Positions 44,741 through 55,712 of a DNA stretch of 64,000 nt are shown in pieces. The stretch spans positions 1,056,001-1,120,000 of the forward strand of contig CAUVXB020000002.1 in the NCBI GenBank assembly GCA_963555825.3, written 5' to 3'. Position numbers and translations under genes: made by a program. Source of the stretch: Alphaproteobacteria bacterium (lineage in GTDB: Bacteria > Pseudomonadota > Alphaproteobacteria > JAAXGF01). Below the pieces are notes generated by a model, which was given only the letters and a program-made list of their open reading frames with translations, was not told the DNA's origin and did no database searches. Numbering within the stretch: position 1 is the stretch's first letter; each line of letters opens with the position of its first letter.

Positions 44741-44890
44741 CTAACGCACGGTCCGATCGTTCGGAACCGGTCGGTTTACTTCAGCCCGCGACTGCGGCCC
44801 GCCGACCGTTCGGCGAGTCCTTGTGGGATAAAGAGTGGCATGCGCGGCGATTGAGCGCAGGTCACCTTTAGGTGACCGCACCAATGTCTA
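44741..44890 (-). repeat. Structured intergenic repeat, copy D
   Basis: Reverse-strand copy starting right after the phzF-like stop codon. Confidence 0.85.
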
Positions 44891-45799
44891 AGGAACGTCG
44901 AAGTCGCCTTCGCTGACCATCACCGAGGCGCCGCCCACGCGTATTTCGACGACCTGACCATCCCGCTTGTCGGCCTCGACCTCGATGATGCTCGGGCGGC
45001 CCATCGCGAAGCCCTGCTCGACGGTCCAGGCGAGCCGGGCGTCGCCACGTGGGTCGCGCAGCGCCAGATAGCCGCCCAACGCGGTGGCCGCGGCGCCGGT
45101 CGCCGGGTCCTCGGGGATGCCCCACAAGGGCGCGAACATGCGCGCCGAGATGTCCGAGCCGGGGCGCTCGCCGCCCATCGCGAAGACGAACAGCAACGAG
45201 CTGACGTAATCGGCGAAGGCGGCGTGCCAGCGCCCGGTGTCGACCACGATGCGCCCCAACGCGGCCACCTCTTGCAGCGGCACGAACAGGAAGGGCATTC
45301 CGCAGCTCACCACCTGGACCGCCATGTCACCGGCGCCCAGATCGGCCGCTTCGAGGCCCAACGCGGCGGCGATGACGTCGTCGGCCGGCGGCGGCGGGCC
45401 GACCTCGGGCGGCTGGGCGGCGGTCAACTGGGCGAAGACCGGCGCGCCGCCCTCGGCCCGGATTGTCACCGGCACCGGCCCGACGCCTTCTTCGAAGACG
45501 ATGCGCGTTTCCTCACCGCTTAGCGCGACCTCGCCGATCGCCGCCAGGACATGCGCCGTGCCGACCGTCGGGTGGCCGGCGAAGGGCACCTCGCCCACCG
45601 GCGTGAAGATGCGCAAGCGCCGGGTATGCGCGGCATCCTCGGGCGGCAGCACGAACACCGTGTCCGACAGGTTGAACTCGCGCGCGATCCGCTGCATCTG
45701 CCCATCGTCGAGCCCCCGGCCATCGGGGAACACGGCCAGAGGATTGCCGCCGAAGACGCTGTCGGTAAACACGTCGCAGGTATGAAAGTGGTATTTCAT
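44888..45799 (-). CDS. PhzF-family isomerase
   Basis: DVFT...GGNPLAV, FAGHPT, EDPATG. Confidence 0.9.
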   Translation of the reverse strand: MKYHFHTCDVFTDSVFGGNPLAVFPDGRGLDDGQMQRIAREFNLSDTVFVLPPEDAAHTRRLRIFTPVGEVPFAGHPTVGTAHVLAAIGEVALSGEETRIVFEEGVGPVPVTIRAEGGAPVFAQLTAAQPPEVGPPPPADDVIAAALGLEAADLGAGDMAVQVVSCGMPFLFVPLQEVAALGRIVVDTGRWHAAFADYVSSLLFVFAMGGERPGSDISARMFAPLWGIPEDPATGAAATALGGYLALRDPRGDARLAWTVEQGFAMGRPSIIEVEADKRDGQVVEIRVGGASVMVSEGDFDVP

Positions 45800-45886
45800 G
45801 GCGGAGCTCCCAGGACGACCGGGTCAGGCGCTGAGCATAGCGCGCGCCGCCGGCCGCGACACCCCCCGGCCACGCATGGCAGCCGG

Positions 45887-46099
45887 TCACTCCCAGATCG
45901 GCTTACCGCTCCCCGGCAACCCATAGGCCGGCCATTTCTCGGTCACGGTGCGGACGATGCCTTCCGAAGCGCCGAAGCGCTGGGCGACCGAGAGGTTGGC
46001 GCTTTCGAACAACACCGCGTCGGCGGCGTCGAGGCCCGCCGCGACGGCGTGGCGCACGAGATCGTCAAGCAGGGCGAGGGGATCGAAGGGCTGGGGCAT
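45887..46099 (-). pseudogene. In-frame chimera of a diverged pmbA 5' fragment and a diverged ubiD 3' fragment
   Basis: DDLVRHAVAAGLDAADAVLFESANLSVAQRFGASEGI resembles the PmbA N-terminus; [22 protein letters not shown] resembles the UbiD C-terminus. Confidence 0.85.
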
Positions 46100-46406
46100 C
46101 AGAAGACCGCTGGAACTGTGAATGTCGCCCGCCGTATATAAGAGAGTCTGCACCGATCAGCAACCAACCAATGCGGATTACGCTATTCCTTGTCTCGGGA
46201 TCGAAATCTTTGTGAAGCGACTCTTTCGCGAAGGTATCGCGGAAGGCTCTCGCGAATCTCCGGCGGCATGGCATCAAGAACCTTGGCACTCAAAGGCCGA
46301 GTGCGTTTCTCCTCGGGCAAATACTCTTGAGAAAGAATCAACCTGAAGTCATCAAGTCTCTTGGACAGCGAATCGATTCTCTCAAAGATTGAAGTGAGTT
46401 CCCGCT

Positions 46407-47584
46407 CTAGTGTCCCGATTCCGAAGTTCGCATGATTTTCGCCTGCTGTTCAGCGATTTCGATTGTTCGGAGGCAGGGCTGGATGGCGCTCGGATGTCAT
46501 CGGCGGATTTGGTCCATTTGAAGGGTTTGGGGTTCTGGTTTGCGTGTCGATGTAGTCGAGGATGGTGCGCTCCAACTCCTTGGTGGAGCGATGGACGCCG
46601 CGCCTGATCTGCTTGTCGGTCAGCAGCCCGAACCCGCTCGACCTGGTTCAGCCAGGAGGCGCTGGTGGGTGTGAAATGGGCCTGCCAGCGCGGCCGTTTG
46701 GCGAACCAGTCGCGGATCGCCTTGGTCTTGTGGGTCCCGTAGTTGTCCATGACGATGTGGATGTCGAGATCAGCAGGGACGTTCGCCTCGACGAGGTCGA
46801 GGAATTTGCGGAACTCTCGGGCCCGATGGCGCGGGAAACATTTGCCGATGATCTCTCCCGTGGCGATGTCGAGGGCCGCGAAGAGAGAGGTCGTGCCGTG
46901 GCGCTTGTAGTCGTGGCTGCGCCGCTCCGCCTGCCCGGGGCGCATCGGCAAGAGGGGCTGGGAACGGTCCAGGGCCTGGATCTGGCTCTTTTCGTCGACA
47001 CAGAGAACCAGGGCACGATCCGGCGGCGCCAAATACAGACCGACGATGTCGCGGACCTTCTCCACGAAGAAGGGATCGCTCGACAGCTTGAAGGTCTCCG
47101 AGCGATGCGGCTGCAAGCCGAAGGCCCGCCAGATGCGATGAATGGTCGAGGGCGCGTGGCCGCTCGCCCGCGCCATCGAGCGAAGGCTCCAATGGGTCGC
47201 GTCCGGCGGCGTCTCTTCCAGCGTCAGCCGGACCGCTTCCGCGATGGCGTCATCGCCGATTTGACGCGGCGCGCCGGGGCGGGGTTCGTCGTACAGACCG
47301 TCGAGGCCCTCCGCCGCATAGCGGCGACGCCACTTGCCCACGGTGTCCGCGCTCGCCTCGAGACGAACGGCGATCTCCTTGTTCTCCAACCCTTCCGCCG
47401 CCGCCAAGACGATCCGAGCCCGCCGCGCAAGCCCCTGCGACGTCTTGCGACGACGAGACAGCGCCTCCAATTCGGCGCGCTCGTCATCGCTCAAAGAGAT
47501 CGTCACCGCCACTCTCGCCATCAATCGCGCCTCCTAAAAACAAATAGAGACATAATCATATCAATTTATCGATCAGGACACTAG
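46407..47584 (-). mobile_element. IS630-family element type B, copy 2, frameshifted near the 3' end
   Basis: 7 bp shorter than copy 1; small indels cluster at about 46470-46640. Confidence 0.9.
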
Positions 47585-48383
47585 CGTCGCTGAAGAGAGT
47601 TTCCCTCCTTTGAAATAGTTCTATTGTTGAGTCTTTGACAGACCCAGAAGCCAATAAAACTGTCCAGCAAATTTCTTTGAGCTCATTCTGGTCAAGTATC
47701 GCAAATTCACCGGTATGAAACTCCCTGATCTTATCAACGACCCGAACACCGATTTTCCCTCCTTTCTCAACATAGATACCTTCATCAAAATCTCCATCTA
47801 TAACGATGGGGTCACCTTCTTCTTGCTCGATAATTATTTCCATACCACGCCACTTAACGACCATCAGGTCATCGACTCCAATATCTTTCGAAGACACGAC
47901 ACCCAACCTGTGGGTGTAACAATTTCGTAACCTCACTAGAGATTGGATGTGATCTGAAAAATCGCACGATACATCGTAGCCAACACGCAATTCGTCAAGC
48001 TGTCTGGCAATCCCGTTGTAATCGAACTGATCCTTGAACTTTGGAAGATCAGCAGCAGCAAATTTTCCGGAAACAACATCCAGAATCAAACACACCCGAT
48101 ATATTTCTGACAAGAATACAGAAAACGTCTCTACAAGTTCTCGCAAGCCGTTCGACGTAACCCAGACGGCAAAATTATCTTTAAATTCATCAATATTGGC
48201 GTCAGTAACCTCTTCCGGCATTAGCTTGAGATTCATTCGGCTCTCCAAATGAAACTCTCGAAAATCTGGTCGCCTCGCTGCATTGAGTCCTAAACCGAGA
48301 AATACGTAGGTTCTTCGAACCCCACGCAACGCTATCTCGTGGATACGATCCATATTTATATGAATTTTGTGTTTATCGGTCAT
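47581..48383 (-). CDS. Low-GC hypothetical protein with an RxxxxH (HEPN-like) motif; 3' end hit by IS630
   Basis: About 270-aa ORF containing RNCYTH; AT-rich relative to neighbours. Confidence 0.6.
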
Positions 48384-48392
48384 GTACGGCCA

Positions 48393-49901
48393 TCACTCCC
48401 ACACCGGCTTGCCGCTCCCCGGCAGCCCCAGCCTTGGCCATTTTTCTGTCACCGTCCGCACCACCTCGTCGTCCATGCGGATTAGGCGGCCCCACTCGCG
48501 CTTGGTCTCGGGCGGCCATTTGGTGGTCGCGTCGAGGCCGATCTTTGAGCCCAGGCCGGCGACCGGGCTGGCGAAGTCGAGGTAGTCGATCGGCGTGTTC
48601 CGGATGATCGTGATGTCGCGCGCCGGGTCCATGCGAGTCGAGACCGCCCACATGACGTCGGCCCACGAGCGCGCGTCGATGTCGTCGTCCACCACGATGA
48701 CCCATTTGGTGTAGACGAACTGGCGCAGGAACGACCAGACGCCCATCATGACGCGCTTGGCGTGGCCGGCGTAGGCCTTCTTCATCGAGACCACGGCGAT
48801 GCGGTACGAGCAGCCCTCGGGCGGCAGCCAGAAATCGACGATCTCGGGGAACTGCTGGACCAAGAGCGGCACGAAGACCTCGTTGAGCGCCTCGCCCAAG
48901 ACCGAGGGCTCGTCGGGCGGCCGGCCGGTGTAGGTCGACAGATAGATCGGTGAGCGGCGCCGGGTGATCGCCGAGACGGTGAACACCGGGAACGGCTCGA
49001 CCGCGTTGTAATAGCCGGTGTGGTCGCCGAACGGGCCCTCGTCGGCGTAATCGCTCAGCGAGACATGGCCCTCGAGCACGATCTCGGCGGTGGCCGGCAC
49101 CTTGAGCGGCACCGTCTTGCAGCCGACCAGCTCGACCTTCTTGCCGCGCAGCAGGCCGGCGAACTGGTACTCCGACAGCGTGTCGGGCACAGGCGTCACG
49201 GCGGCGATGATGGTGCCCGGGTCGGCGCCGATGACGGCCGCCGCGGGCAGCGGCTCGCGCTTCGCTTGGCCCCAGCGGGCATGGTGCTGGGCGCCGCCGC
49301 GGTGCTTTAGCCAGCGCATCAGCGTGGTGTCGCGCCCGGTCACCTGCATGCGGTAGATACCGAGATTGTAATTGTCTTCGGGGCGCGTGCCGGGACCCTT
49401 GGTGACGACCAGCGGCCAGGTGATGAGGGGTGCGATGTCGCCCGGCCAGCAGGTCTGCACGGGCAGCGCGCCCAAGTCGATGTCGGCGCCTTCGAGCACG
49501 ACCTCCTGGCACGGCGCGGCGCCCACCGTCTTTGGCTTCATCGCCATCACGGTCCTGACCATCGGCAGCATGCCGACCGCCTCGCGCCAGCCGCCGGGCG
49601 GCTCGGGCTGCTTGAGGAAGGCGAGCGTCTCGCCGACGCCGCGCAGTTCGTGCGCCTCGCGGTCCATGCCCCAGGCGACGCGCTCGACGGTGCCGAACAG
49701 GTTGACCAGCACGGGCATGTCGTAGGCCGTGCCGTCGTCGCGCCGAACGTTCTCGAACAGCACGGCGGGGCCGCCTTCGGCGATCAGCCGGGTCTGGATC
49801 TCGGTCATCTCGAGCGCCGGCGAGACCGGCTCGGCGATGCGCACCAGCCGGCCCTCGCGCTCGAGCCGTTCGATGAAATCGCGCAAGCTGGCGTAGGGCA
49901 T
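48393..49901 (-). CDS. ubiD: UbiD decarboxylase
   Basis: [35 protein letters not shown]. Confidence 0.95.
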   Translation of the reverse strand: MPYASLRDFIERLEREGRLVRIAEPVSPALEMTEIQTRLIAEGGPAVLFENVRRDDGTAYDMPVLVNLFGTVERVAWGMDREAHELRGVGETLAFLKQPEPPGGWREAVGMLPMVRTVMAMKPKTVGAAPCQEVVLEGADIDLGALPVQTCWPGDIAPLITWPLVVTKGPGTRPEDNYNLGIYRMQVTGRDTTLMRWLKHRGGAQHHARWGQAKREPLPAAAVIGADPGTIIAAVTPVPDTLSEYQFAGLLRGKKVELVGCKTVPLKVPATAEIVLEGHVSLSDYADEGPFGDHTGYYNAVEPFPVFTVSAITRRRSPIYLSTYTGRPPDEPSVLGEALNEVFVPLLVQQFPEIVDFWLPPEGCSYRIAVVSMKKAYAGHAKRVMMGVWSFLRQFVYTKWVIVVDDDIDARSWADVMWAVSTRMDPARDITIIRNTPIDYLDFASPVAGLGSKIGLDATTKWPPETKREWGRLIRMDDEVVRTVTEKWPRLGLPGSGKPVWE

Positions 49902-49941
49902 CGGCTAAACCGGATTCACGGCGCCGCGCGCGGATCGAGTG

Positions 49942-50403
49942 TCACGCGCCGGACGACGCGACCGGCGCGACCTTGAGGACGACGCTGTCGACACCGATCA
50001 CCGTGACCCGCGTGCCGGCCGGCATGTCGTCGCCCTCGACCTTCCAGGTCGTGTCGTCGACGCGGATCTTGCCCTGACCGTTGACGATCGGCTCGTCGAG
50101 CGTGAGCGTGCGGCCGACGTATTGCTCGCCGCGGCGGTTGAGCGACGGCTGGTCGGTCGCCGCCGGGTTGGCCCTCTGGAAGACCCGCCAGCCGACGATC
50201 GCCGAGATCGAAAGGGCGGCGAAGACGAGCATCTGAATCTGCCATGTCATCTCGGGCAGCACCAGCAGCAGGGCCCCGACGACGCCGGCCGAGACGCCGA
50301 GCCACAGGAAGATGGCGCCCGGCGCGAAGACCTCGATGACGACGAAGACGATGGCGGCTGCCCACCAGTGCCAGAAGACGATTTCCTCGATCACCGGAAT
50401 CAT
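49942..50403 (-). CDS. NfeD/YbbJ family membrane protein
   Basis: [13 protein letters not shown]-fold-like C-terminus, adjacent to the SPFH gene. Confidence 0.88.
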   Translation of the reverse strand: MIPVIEEIVFWHWWAAAIVFVVIEVFAPGAIFLWLGVSAGVVGALLLVLPEMTWQIQMLVFAALSISAIVGWRVFQRANPAATDQPSLNRRGEQYVGRTLTLDEPIVNGQGKIRVDDTTWKVEGDDMPAGTRVTVIGVDSVVLKVAPVASSGA

Positions 50404-51329
50404 GCGCGGTCCTTGCCGAAGGTCTCCCGCGCGATCTCGGCGATACCGGCGATCGAGCCGATCACGCTGGACGCCTCGAGCGGCAGCAGCAGGATCTTCT
50501 GGTTATCCGATTCGGCGAAGGCGCTCAGCGTCTCGATGTATTTCTGGGCGACGAAATAGTTGATCGCCTGGACGTTGCCGCTGCCGATCGCTTCCGAGAC
50601 CATGGTCGTCGCCCTGGCCTCGGCCTCGGCCTCGCGCTCGCGCGCCTCGGCGTCGCGGAAGGCGGCCTCGCGGCGGCCCTCGGCATCGAGGATGGCGGCC
50701 TGCTTCTCGCCCTCGGCCTTGAGGATCTCGGCCTGTCGGAAGCCCTCGGCTTCGAGAATGTTGGCGCGCTTCTCGCGCTCGGCCTTCATCTGCCGCGCCA
50801 TGGCTTCGACCAGGTCGCGCGGCGGCGCGATGTCCTTGATCTCGATGCGCGTCACCTTGACGCCCCAGGGCGTCGTCGCGTCGTCGACCACGGTGAGCAG
50901 CTGGGCGTTGATGGCATCGCGCTGCGACAGCAGCTGGTCGAGGTCCATCGAGCCCATCACCGTCCGGATGTTGGTCATCGTCAGGTTGATGATGGCGTTC
51001 TCCAGGTTGTTGACCTCGTAGGCCGACTTGGCGGCGTCGAGCACCTGGAAGAAGACGATGCCGTCGACCGCGACCATGGCGTTGTCGCGCGTGATGACCT
51101 CCTGGGTCGGCACTTCGAGCACGGTCTCCATCATGTTCAACTTGGCGCCGATCTGGTCGACGACCGGCGTGATCAGGTGCAGACCGGGGCGCAGCGTGCG
51201 CGTGTAGCGGCCGAAGCGTTCGATCGTGTACTCATAGCCCTGCGGCACCGTCTTGACGCCGGCGAAGACGATCACCACGGCGAAGATCAGCGCGGCGACG
51301 ACGAAGATCGAGAAAGCGGTGAATTCCAT
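50400..51329 (-). CDS. SPFH/band 7 protein (QmcA-like)
   Basis: [23 protein letters not shown]. Confidence 0.92.
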   Translation of the reverse strand: MEFTAFSIFVVAALIFAVVIVFAGVKTVPQGYEYTIERFGRYTRTLRPGLHLITPVVDQIGAKLNMMETVLEVPTQEVITRDNAMVAVDGIVFFQVLDAAKSAYEVNNLENAIINLTMTNIRTVMGSMDLDQLLSQRDAINAQLLTVVDDATTPWGVKVTRIEIKDIAPPRDLVEAMARQMKAEREKRANILEAEGFRQAEILKAEGEKQAAILDAEGRREAAFRDAEAREREAEAEARATTMVSEAIGSGNVQAINYFVAQKYIETLSAFAESDNQKILLLPLEASSVIGSIAGIAEIARETFGKDRA

Positions 51330-51462
51330 GATGCGTCCCTCCGATTTGGGCATCTGCCCGGACAGCTTGCCCTATTGTGCACAGCATCGACGCCGCGCCG
51401 TCAAGGACGCGCGTCGCGCACCCGGCGACAGCGCGCGGAGCGCGTGCTAGCTTTCCCGGCCG

Positions 51463-52293
51463 ATGACCGAGGATACGCAAATCGAAAAGCTCGCCCGCGC
51501 CACCGGCTACCCCTTTCCGGCGCCGCCGCACTCGTATCTCTTCGTCAACGGGGTGGCGCACGAGATCGTCGAGCCGGGCCGCGATCCGGTACACGACGGG
51601 CGGCTGCGCGACGGCGATGCGGTGGTGCCGGCGGCCGAGCTGCTGCGCCGCCTCGATATCGTGGGCGCCGCCGGGCTCGACGACCGGGTGCCGGTCATCG
51701 CGCACGGCTCGAACGCCTCGCCCGAGCAGCTCTGGCGCAAGTTCGGCCATATCGAGGGCGGCGTGGTGATCCCGGTGATCAAGGCGTGGCTCGCCGACCA
51801 CGACGTCGTCTACGCGACCCATTTCACGCGCTACGGCGCGATACCGGCGACGCTGGAGCGCTCGCCGGGCACCTCGGTCGAGCTCGCCGTGACCTTCCTC
51901 TCGGCGCCGCAGCTGGCGCTCATGCACGACACCGAGATCGCCGCCGTCAACTACGTCTATGGCCGGCTCGACCGTATCGCCCTCGCGCTCGACGGGCTCG
52001 GCGAGCGGGACGCGGCGTTCGTCTACCTCACGCTGCACGGCGCGTTGGCGCCCGGCGGCGCGCCGCTGGCGTTGGCGGCGCGCGCCGCGCGCGACCGCGC
52101 GTTCGAGCCGCGCACCATGCGCGCCATGCTCGGCTTCGCGCGCGACGAAGTGGCGCCCGGCATGGCGCTCGACGACTTCATCCTCGAGACCGTCGCCGAC
52201 GACGACTTGCGCAGCCAGCGCACGCAACGGCTGCGCGAGCGCCACGCCCGCGCCCCCGACTTCGCCGCCTTCGAGGTGCTCGCCGAGGGCTAG
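51463..52293 (+). CDS. Hypothetical protein, possibly GGCT-like fold
   Basis: Typical high-GC codon usage; VIAHGSNASP resembles the YGSN motif. Confidence 0.6.
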   Translation: MTEDTQIEKLARATGYPFPAPPHSYLFVNGVAHEIVEPGRDPVHDGRLRDGDAVVPAAELLRRLDIVGAAGLDDRVPVIAHGSNASPEQLWRKFGHIEGGVVIPVIKAWLADHDVVYATHFTRYGAIPATLERSPGTSVELAVTFLSAPQLALMHDTEIAAVNYVYGRLDRIALALDGLGERDAAFVYLTLHGALAPGGAPLALAARAARDRAFEPRTMRAMLGFARDEVAPGMALDDFILETVADDDLRSQRTQRLRERHARAPDFAAFEVLAEG

Positions 52294-52327
52294 GGCCTGG
52301 TTGGATCCATGACGATCGGTCGGTGCT

Positions 52328-53119
52328 CTAGTCGGTCAACTGAATCGCATCGCCCCGACGGACCACGCCTTCGCGAACGACCGCACCGTAAATCCCGGCC
52401 AACCCGCCGTGACCCCTTGCGACCTTCCGCAGCACCCGGGGATCGGCTTCGGCGGTGTCCGGGTCGAGCGTGATCATCTTGCAGCGCGGATCGCGCGCGA
52501 CGACGGTGAGCCGCACGTCGGAACCGATAGCGAGAGTTCGGCCGACGAGCCCGTCTTCGTCGAAACCCTCGCCAGACTCGAGGTTCATATAGACGTTCGC
52601 CCTGAAACGCCGGGGATCGAGCGCGGCGCTGATCTCGTCGCCAAGCTGGTCGACGGTTTGCGTGGCGATGAGCGAAACCGGGCGGCAGTCGGTCAAGGCG
52701 CGATCCGATCTCAAGAGGCTGACCTCGTGGGCGTCGTCGAGACCGTGGCGAAGCGCGGCGATCAGCGCGGGATCATCGATCGCCAGGACCTCTCCCGACG
52801 GCGTTTCGACATCGACGGCGAGATTGTCCGGATCGTCGAAGCAGGCGTTCAATCCAGGCGCCTCGTGTGCCGCTTCGGCCCAGTTGACCGGCTTCGCGGC
52901 GAGGTCCGGCTTGCGGAACCTAGGCTCGAACAGCAGCAACCGGGCCTGCTCGCGCCCGGTCAGATAAGGGAACACCTTCGCGCAAGCCGTGCTCTTGAAG
53001 GCGTAGATGCGGTCGCCGTAGATGCCGGAGAAACTCACATAGGCCTCGGCCAGCGCCTCGCCGCGCATGCTCTTGACCGGATAGCGCCACAGGCCGTCGA
53101 CCTTGCCGATCGTGCTCAT
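52328..53119 (-). CDS. MOSC domain protein
   Basis: RYPVKSM, GDR, RRFRAN, RCKMITLDP. Confidence 0.88.
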   Translation of the reverse strand: MSTIGKVDGLWRYPVKSMRGEALAEAYVSFSGIYGDRIYAFKSTACAKVFPYLTGREQARLLLFEPRFRKPDLAAKPVNWAEAAHEAPGLNACFDDPDNLAVDVETPSGEVLAIDDPALIAALRHGLDDAHEVSLLRSDRALTDCRPVSLIATQTVDQLGDEISAALDPRRFRANVYMNLESGEGFDEDGLVGRTLAIGSDVRLTVVARDPRCKMITLDPDTAEADPRVLRKVARGHGGLAGIYGAVVREGVVRRGDAIQLTD

Positions 53120-53222
53120 ATCCGCTGCTAACCCCTCACCTCGATGCCGCTGCGCGATGAGTATAGCGAACGTCGGTCCCAAAGACAGATTGCGATCAAT
53201 GGTGGCGTTCAACGAATGTAGG

Positions 53223-53956
53223 TCAGTCGCCGATATCGGGCGACATCGGCGCGGCGCCCAGATATTCGACGGCATAGGGGCCATCGCCGCGCGCGGCGAC
53301 GTGGCGCGCCATGTCGCCGCCGGCACGCGGCTCGCAGAGTTCGAGAACGTGGGGCCCGATCGCGAAGCTAGCGTCACGGCCTCCGCCGCCGCCACGCCGG
53401 GCGTTGGCTCGGTCCCGAGCAGCGCCGCGTAGTCGCGCGTCGCGCTGTCGAGGTCGGCGACCGCCAGGGTCAGGCGCGCCAAGCCGCGAACGCCGTTGGC
53501 GTGGACCCTGGCATTTCCCGCCGGCACGCGAACGGTGCGCTCAGTGACGTCCTCGATTAGAAAAGGCAGCGCGCCGCCGGCCGGCGCCGGGCCGTCCCGC
53601 CAGGCGACCTCGACGCCGTCGGGGCGGATGCGCGTACCCGCCACCGGCGCGCCGTAGTCGACGCCGCGCGCGTACGCGGCAGCAATGTCGGCCGCGACGT
53701 CATCCGAGGTCAGCATGAATTCCGAGAGGCCACCGCCCGCCTCGAGCATCGCCCAGCGGCGCGTTTCGGGCGCTGGCTCCCAGAACGCGAGCAGTTCGAT
53801 ATAGGCGCCGTCGGCGAACGGCACCAGCGCGTTGTGCGTCGCCCGCGCATGCCGGCCGCCGGGCGTCACCGTGAAGCCCAGCGCGCGGTACTCGGCCGTG
53901 AGCGCGTCGAGATCGCGGCCGATGACGATGACGTGGTCGATGCCCGTGATGGCCAT
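53223..53956 (-). pseudogene. VOC/glyoxalase-like protein with an apparent frameshift near 53380
   Basis: IDHVIV, GGRH..THNAL..YIEL; the C-terminus (IGPHVLEL...RGDGPYAV) continues in another frame. Confidence 0.65.
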
Positions 53957-54067
53957 CGTCGGAGTATGGAATAGCTGGCCGATCGCCGGATACGACATTC
54001 ATTTGCCTTGTGCTAGCGTTGATGACCCATGGCAAATTTGTGCCGAAATTCTGTCGGGAGGAGCGCC

Positions 54068-54481
54068 ATGAGAATCGATGGCAATTGCTTGTGTGGCCAC
54101 GTCACATAGGAAGCCGAAGTCGATCCGGAAAGCGTGACCATCTGCCACTGCACCGACTGCCAAACGCACTCAGGGACGGCTTATGGCGTCGTTGTCGGCG
54201 TCGTCGACGAGAGTTTTCGCCTGTTGAGTGGCAATCTCAAGACTTACGAAAAGATTGCCGACAGCGGAACCGTGCGCGCCCTGGCGTTTTGCCCCGAATG
54301 CGGCACCAGGATACACGCCACCACCGTCGGTGAAGGCACGTCGTTCTTCGGCCTTCGCCTGGGCACCGTGCGCCAACGCGATAGCTTGAAACCCTGTCGA
54401 CAGGTTTGGTGCCGGTCCGCGCAGAATTGGGTCAGCGACCTGAGATCGATCCCACAGTTTGATACGCAATCGACGGGTTAG
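54068..54481 (+). pseudogene. GFA/CENP-V family protein with an in-frame TAG at 54107
   Basis: MRIDGNCLCGHVT*EAEV...CHCTDC...FCPECG; RBS ggaggag. Confidence 0.8.
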
Positions 54482-54508
54482 TCGGGGCGCGCCCTCGACT
54501 CGCCGAGT

Positions 54509-55263
54509 TCACTCAGGGTCCTCGAACAACTGCGGCCAGATGGCGTCGATATCGCGGTCGCCATGGCCATCGGCGATGCGCTTGGTCAGATGTGCCTTGA
54601 GCGGCTCATGAAATGCGTTGTCGACACCGAGCGCGTCCGCCTCGCGAAGCACCACGTCGAGCGCGGCGGCATAGATCGACAGCGTTGCGGCGACGTCCTT
54701 ATCTCTTTCGCGCAACATCTGTCCTCAGGCGTTCATCGACTCGACGGCGTCTTCGGCAGCGTAGCCGGTGAACAGCTCGATCGGTATGCCGCGCCTTTCG
54801 GCCATCGCCGCACCGTGGAAGTACGACATCACACAGCCGAAGAAACTCGAGATGACCGCCGCGCCGACTTGGGTCGAGAGAAACCCCGGCTCGGCGTCGA
54901 AGGCCTCGAAGATGCCGAGATGCGCGTCGAACAGCCGCTTGGGGCCGGCGTAGACCAGGTTGCCGGCGCCCTTCAGTACATACATCGGGTAAGTGAAGAT
55001 GAAGGCGCCCAGAAATCCGACGCCGTTCGCCGCCGCCCAGGCGGCCAGCGCCTCGACCTCCGCCGATGTCGTCATGGCGGTCTGCACGAGCGTCTTGCCG
55101 CGCAACGCCGCCGCCACGCCCTCGGTCTCAAGCACCGAGAGTGTCGCCGCGTGGTCCGTTAGATTGACGATCACCAGATCGGCGGCCTCGGCGACCTCGG
55201 CCGGCGACGACGCCACCATCGCGCCCAACGCCTCGAGCGGAGCCGCCTTGGACGGCGTCGGTG
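54509..55263 (-). pseudogene. 5'-truncated NAD(P)-dependent beta-hydroxyacid dehydrogenase/imine reductase-like gene with an in-frame TGA at 54725
   Basis: TPSKAAPL..GA..ASSPAEVAEAADLVIV; no GxGxxG; frame continues past the TGA. Confidence 0.65.
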
Positions 55264-55317
55264 GGGGTTCAAAACTGGACCCGACTGAAGTACCGTCGGC
55301 AACAAAGGACAAATGCC

Positions 55318-55698
55318 ATGACACGGATATTCGCGGCCGCCGCGCTGATGCTCGGGTTCGGATTGCCGGCGTTGGCTGGCTCGGACGCCGCCCTCGACGC
55401 CGAGATGGTGACGAGCGACGGGGACCTGCAAACGGCAATGAGGGCGATCTACGAGAGGGCCGGCATCTACAAGAGAGAGGGCGGCCTCGCCGGCGGCGTC
55501 TCGCAGGCCGTGATCGAATCCTTCGGCAACATCACCGTCTTGCATGTCGCCGGCAACATCGTGACGCTCGAGGCAAGCTTCCGTTGGACCCTCGACGACT
55601 CACAGAAGACCGGATCAGCCACCGGCATCTTCACCATGGAATCCGACGGCACGTCCTACAAGGCCCTCAAGCTCGAGACCGGCGGCAAGACCTACTAG
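55318..55698 (+). CDS. Small secreted hypothetical protein
   Basis: RBS aagga and signal peptide ...LPALA. Confidence 0.65.
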   Translation: MTRIFAAAALMLGFGLPALAGSDAALDAEMVTSDGDLQTAMRAIYERAGIYKREGGLAGGVSQAVIESFGNITVLHVAGNIVTLEASFRWTLDDSQKTGSATGIFTMESDGTSYKALKLETGGKTY

Positions 55699-55712
55699 CC
55701 CGAGGATCGAGA

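Noticed and set aside
52328-53998. Novel VOC-MOSC fusion protein (556-aa ORF)
   Set aside because: The fusion arises from a frameshift; the linker reads through intergenic sequence and the MOSC gene has its own ATG.
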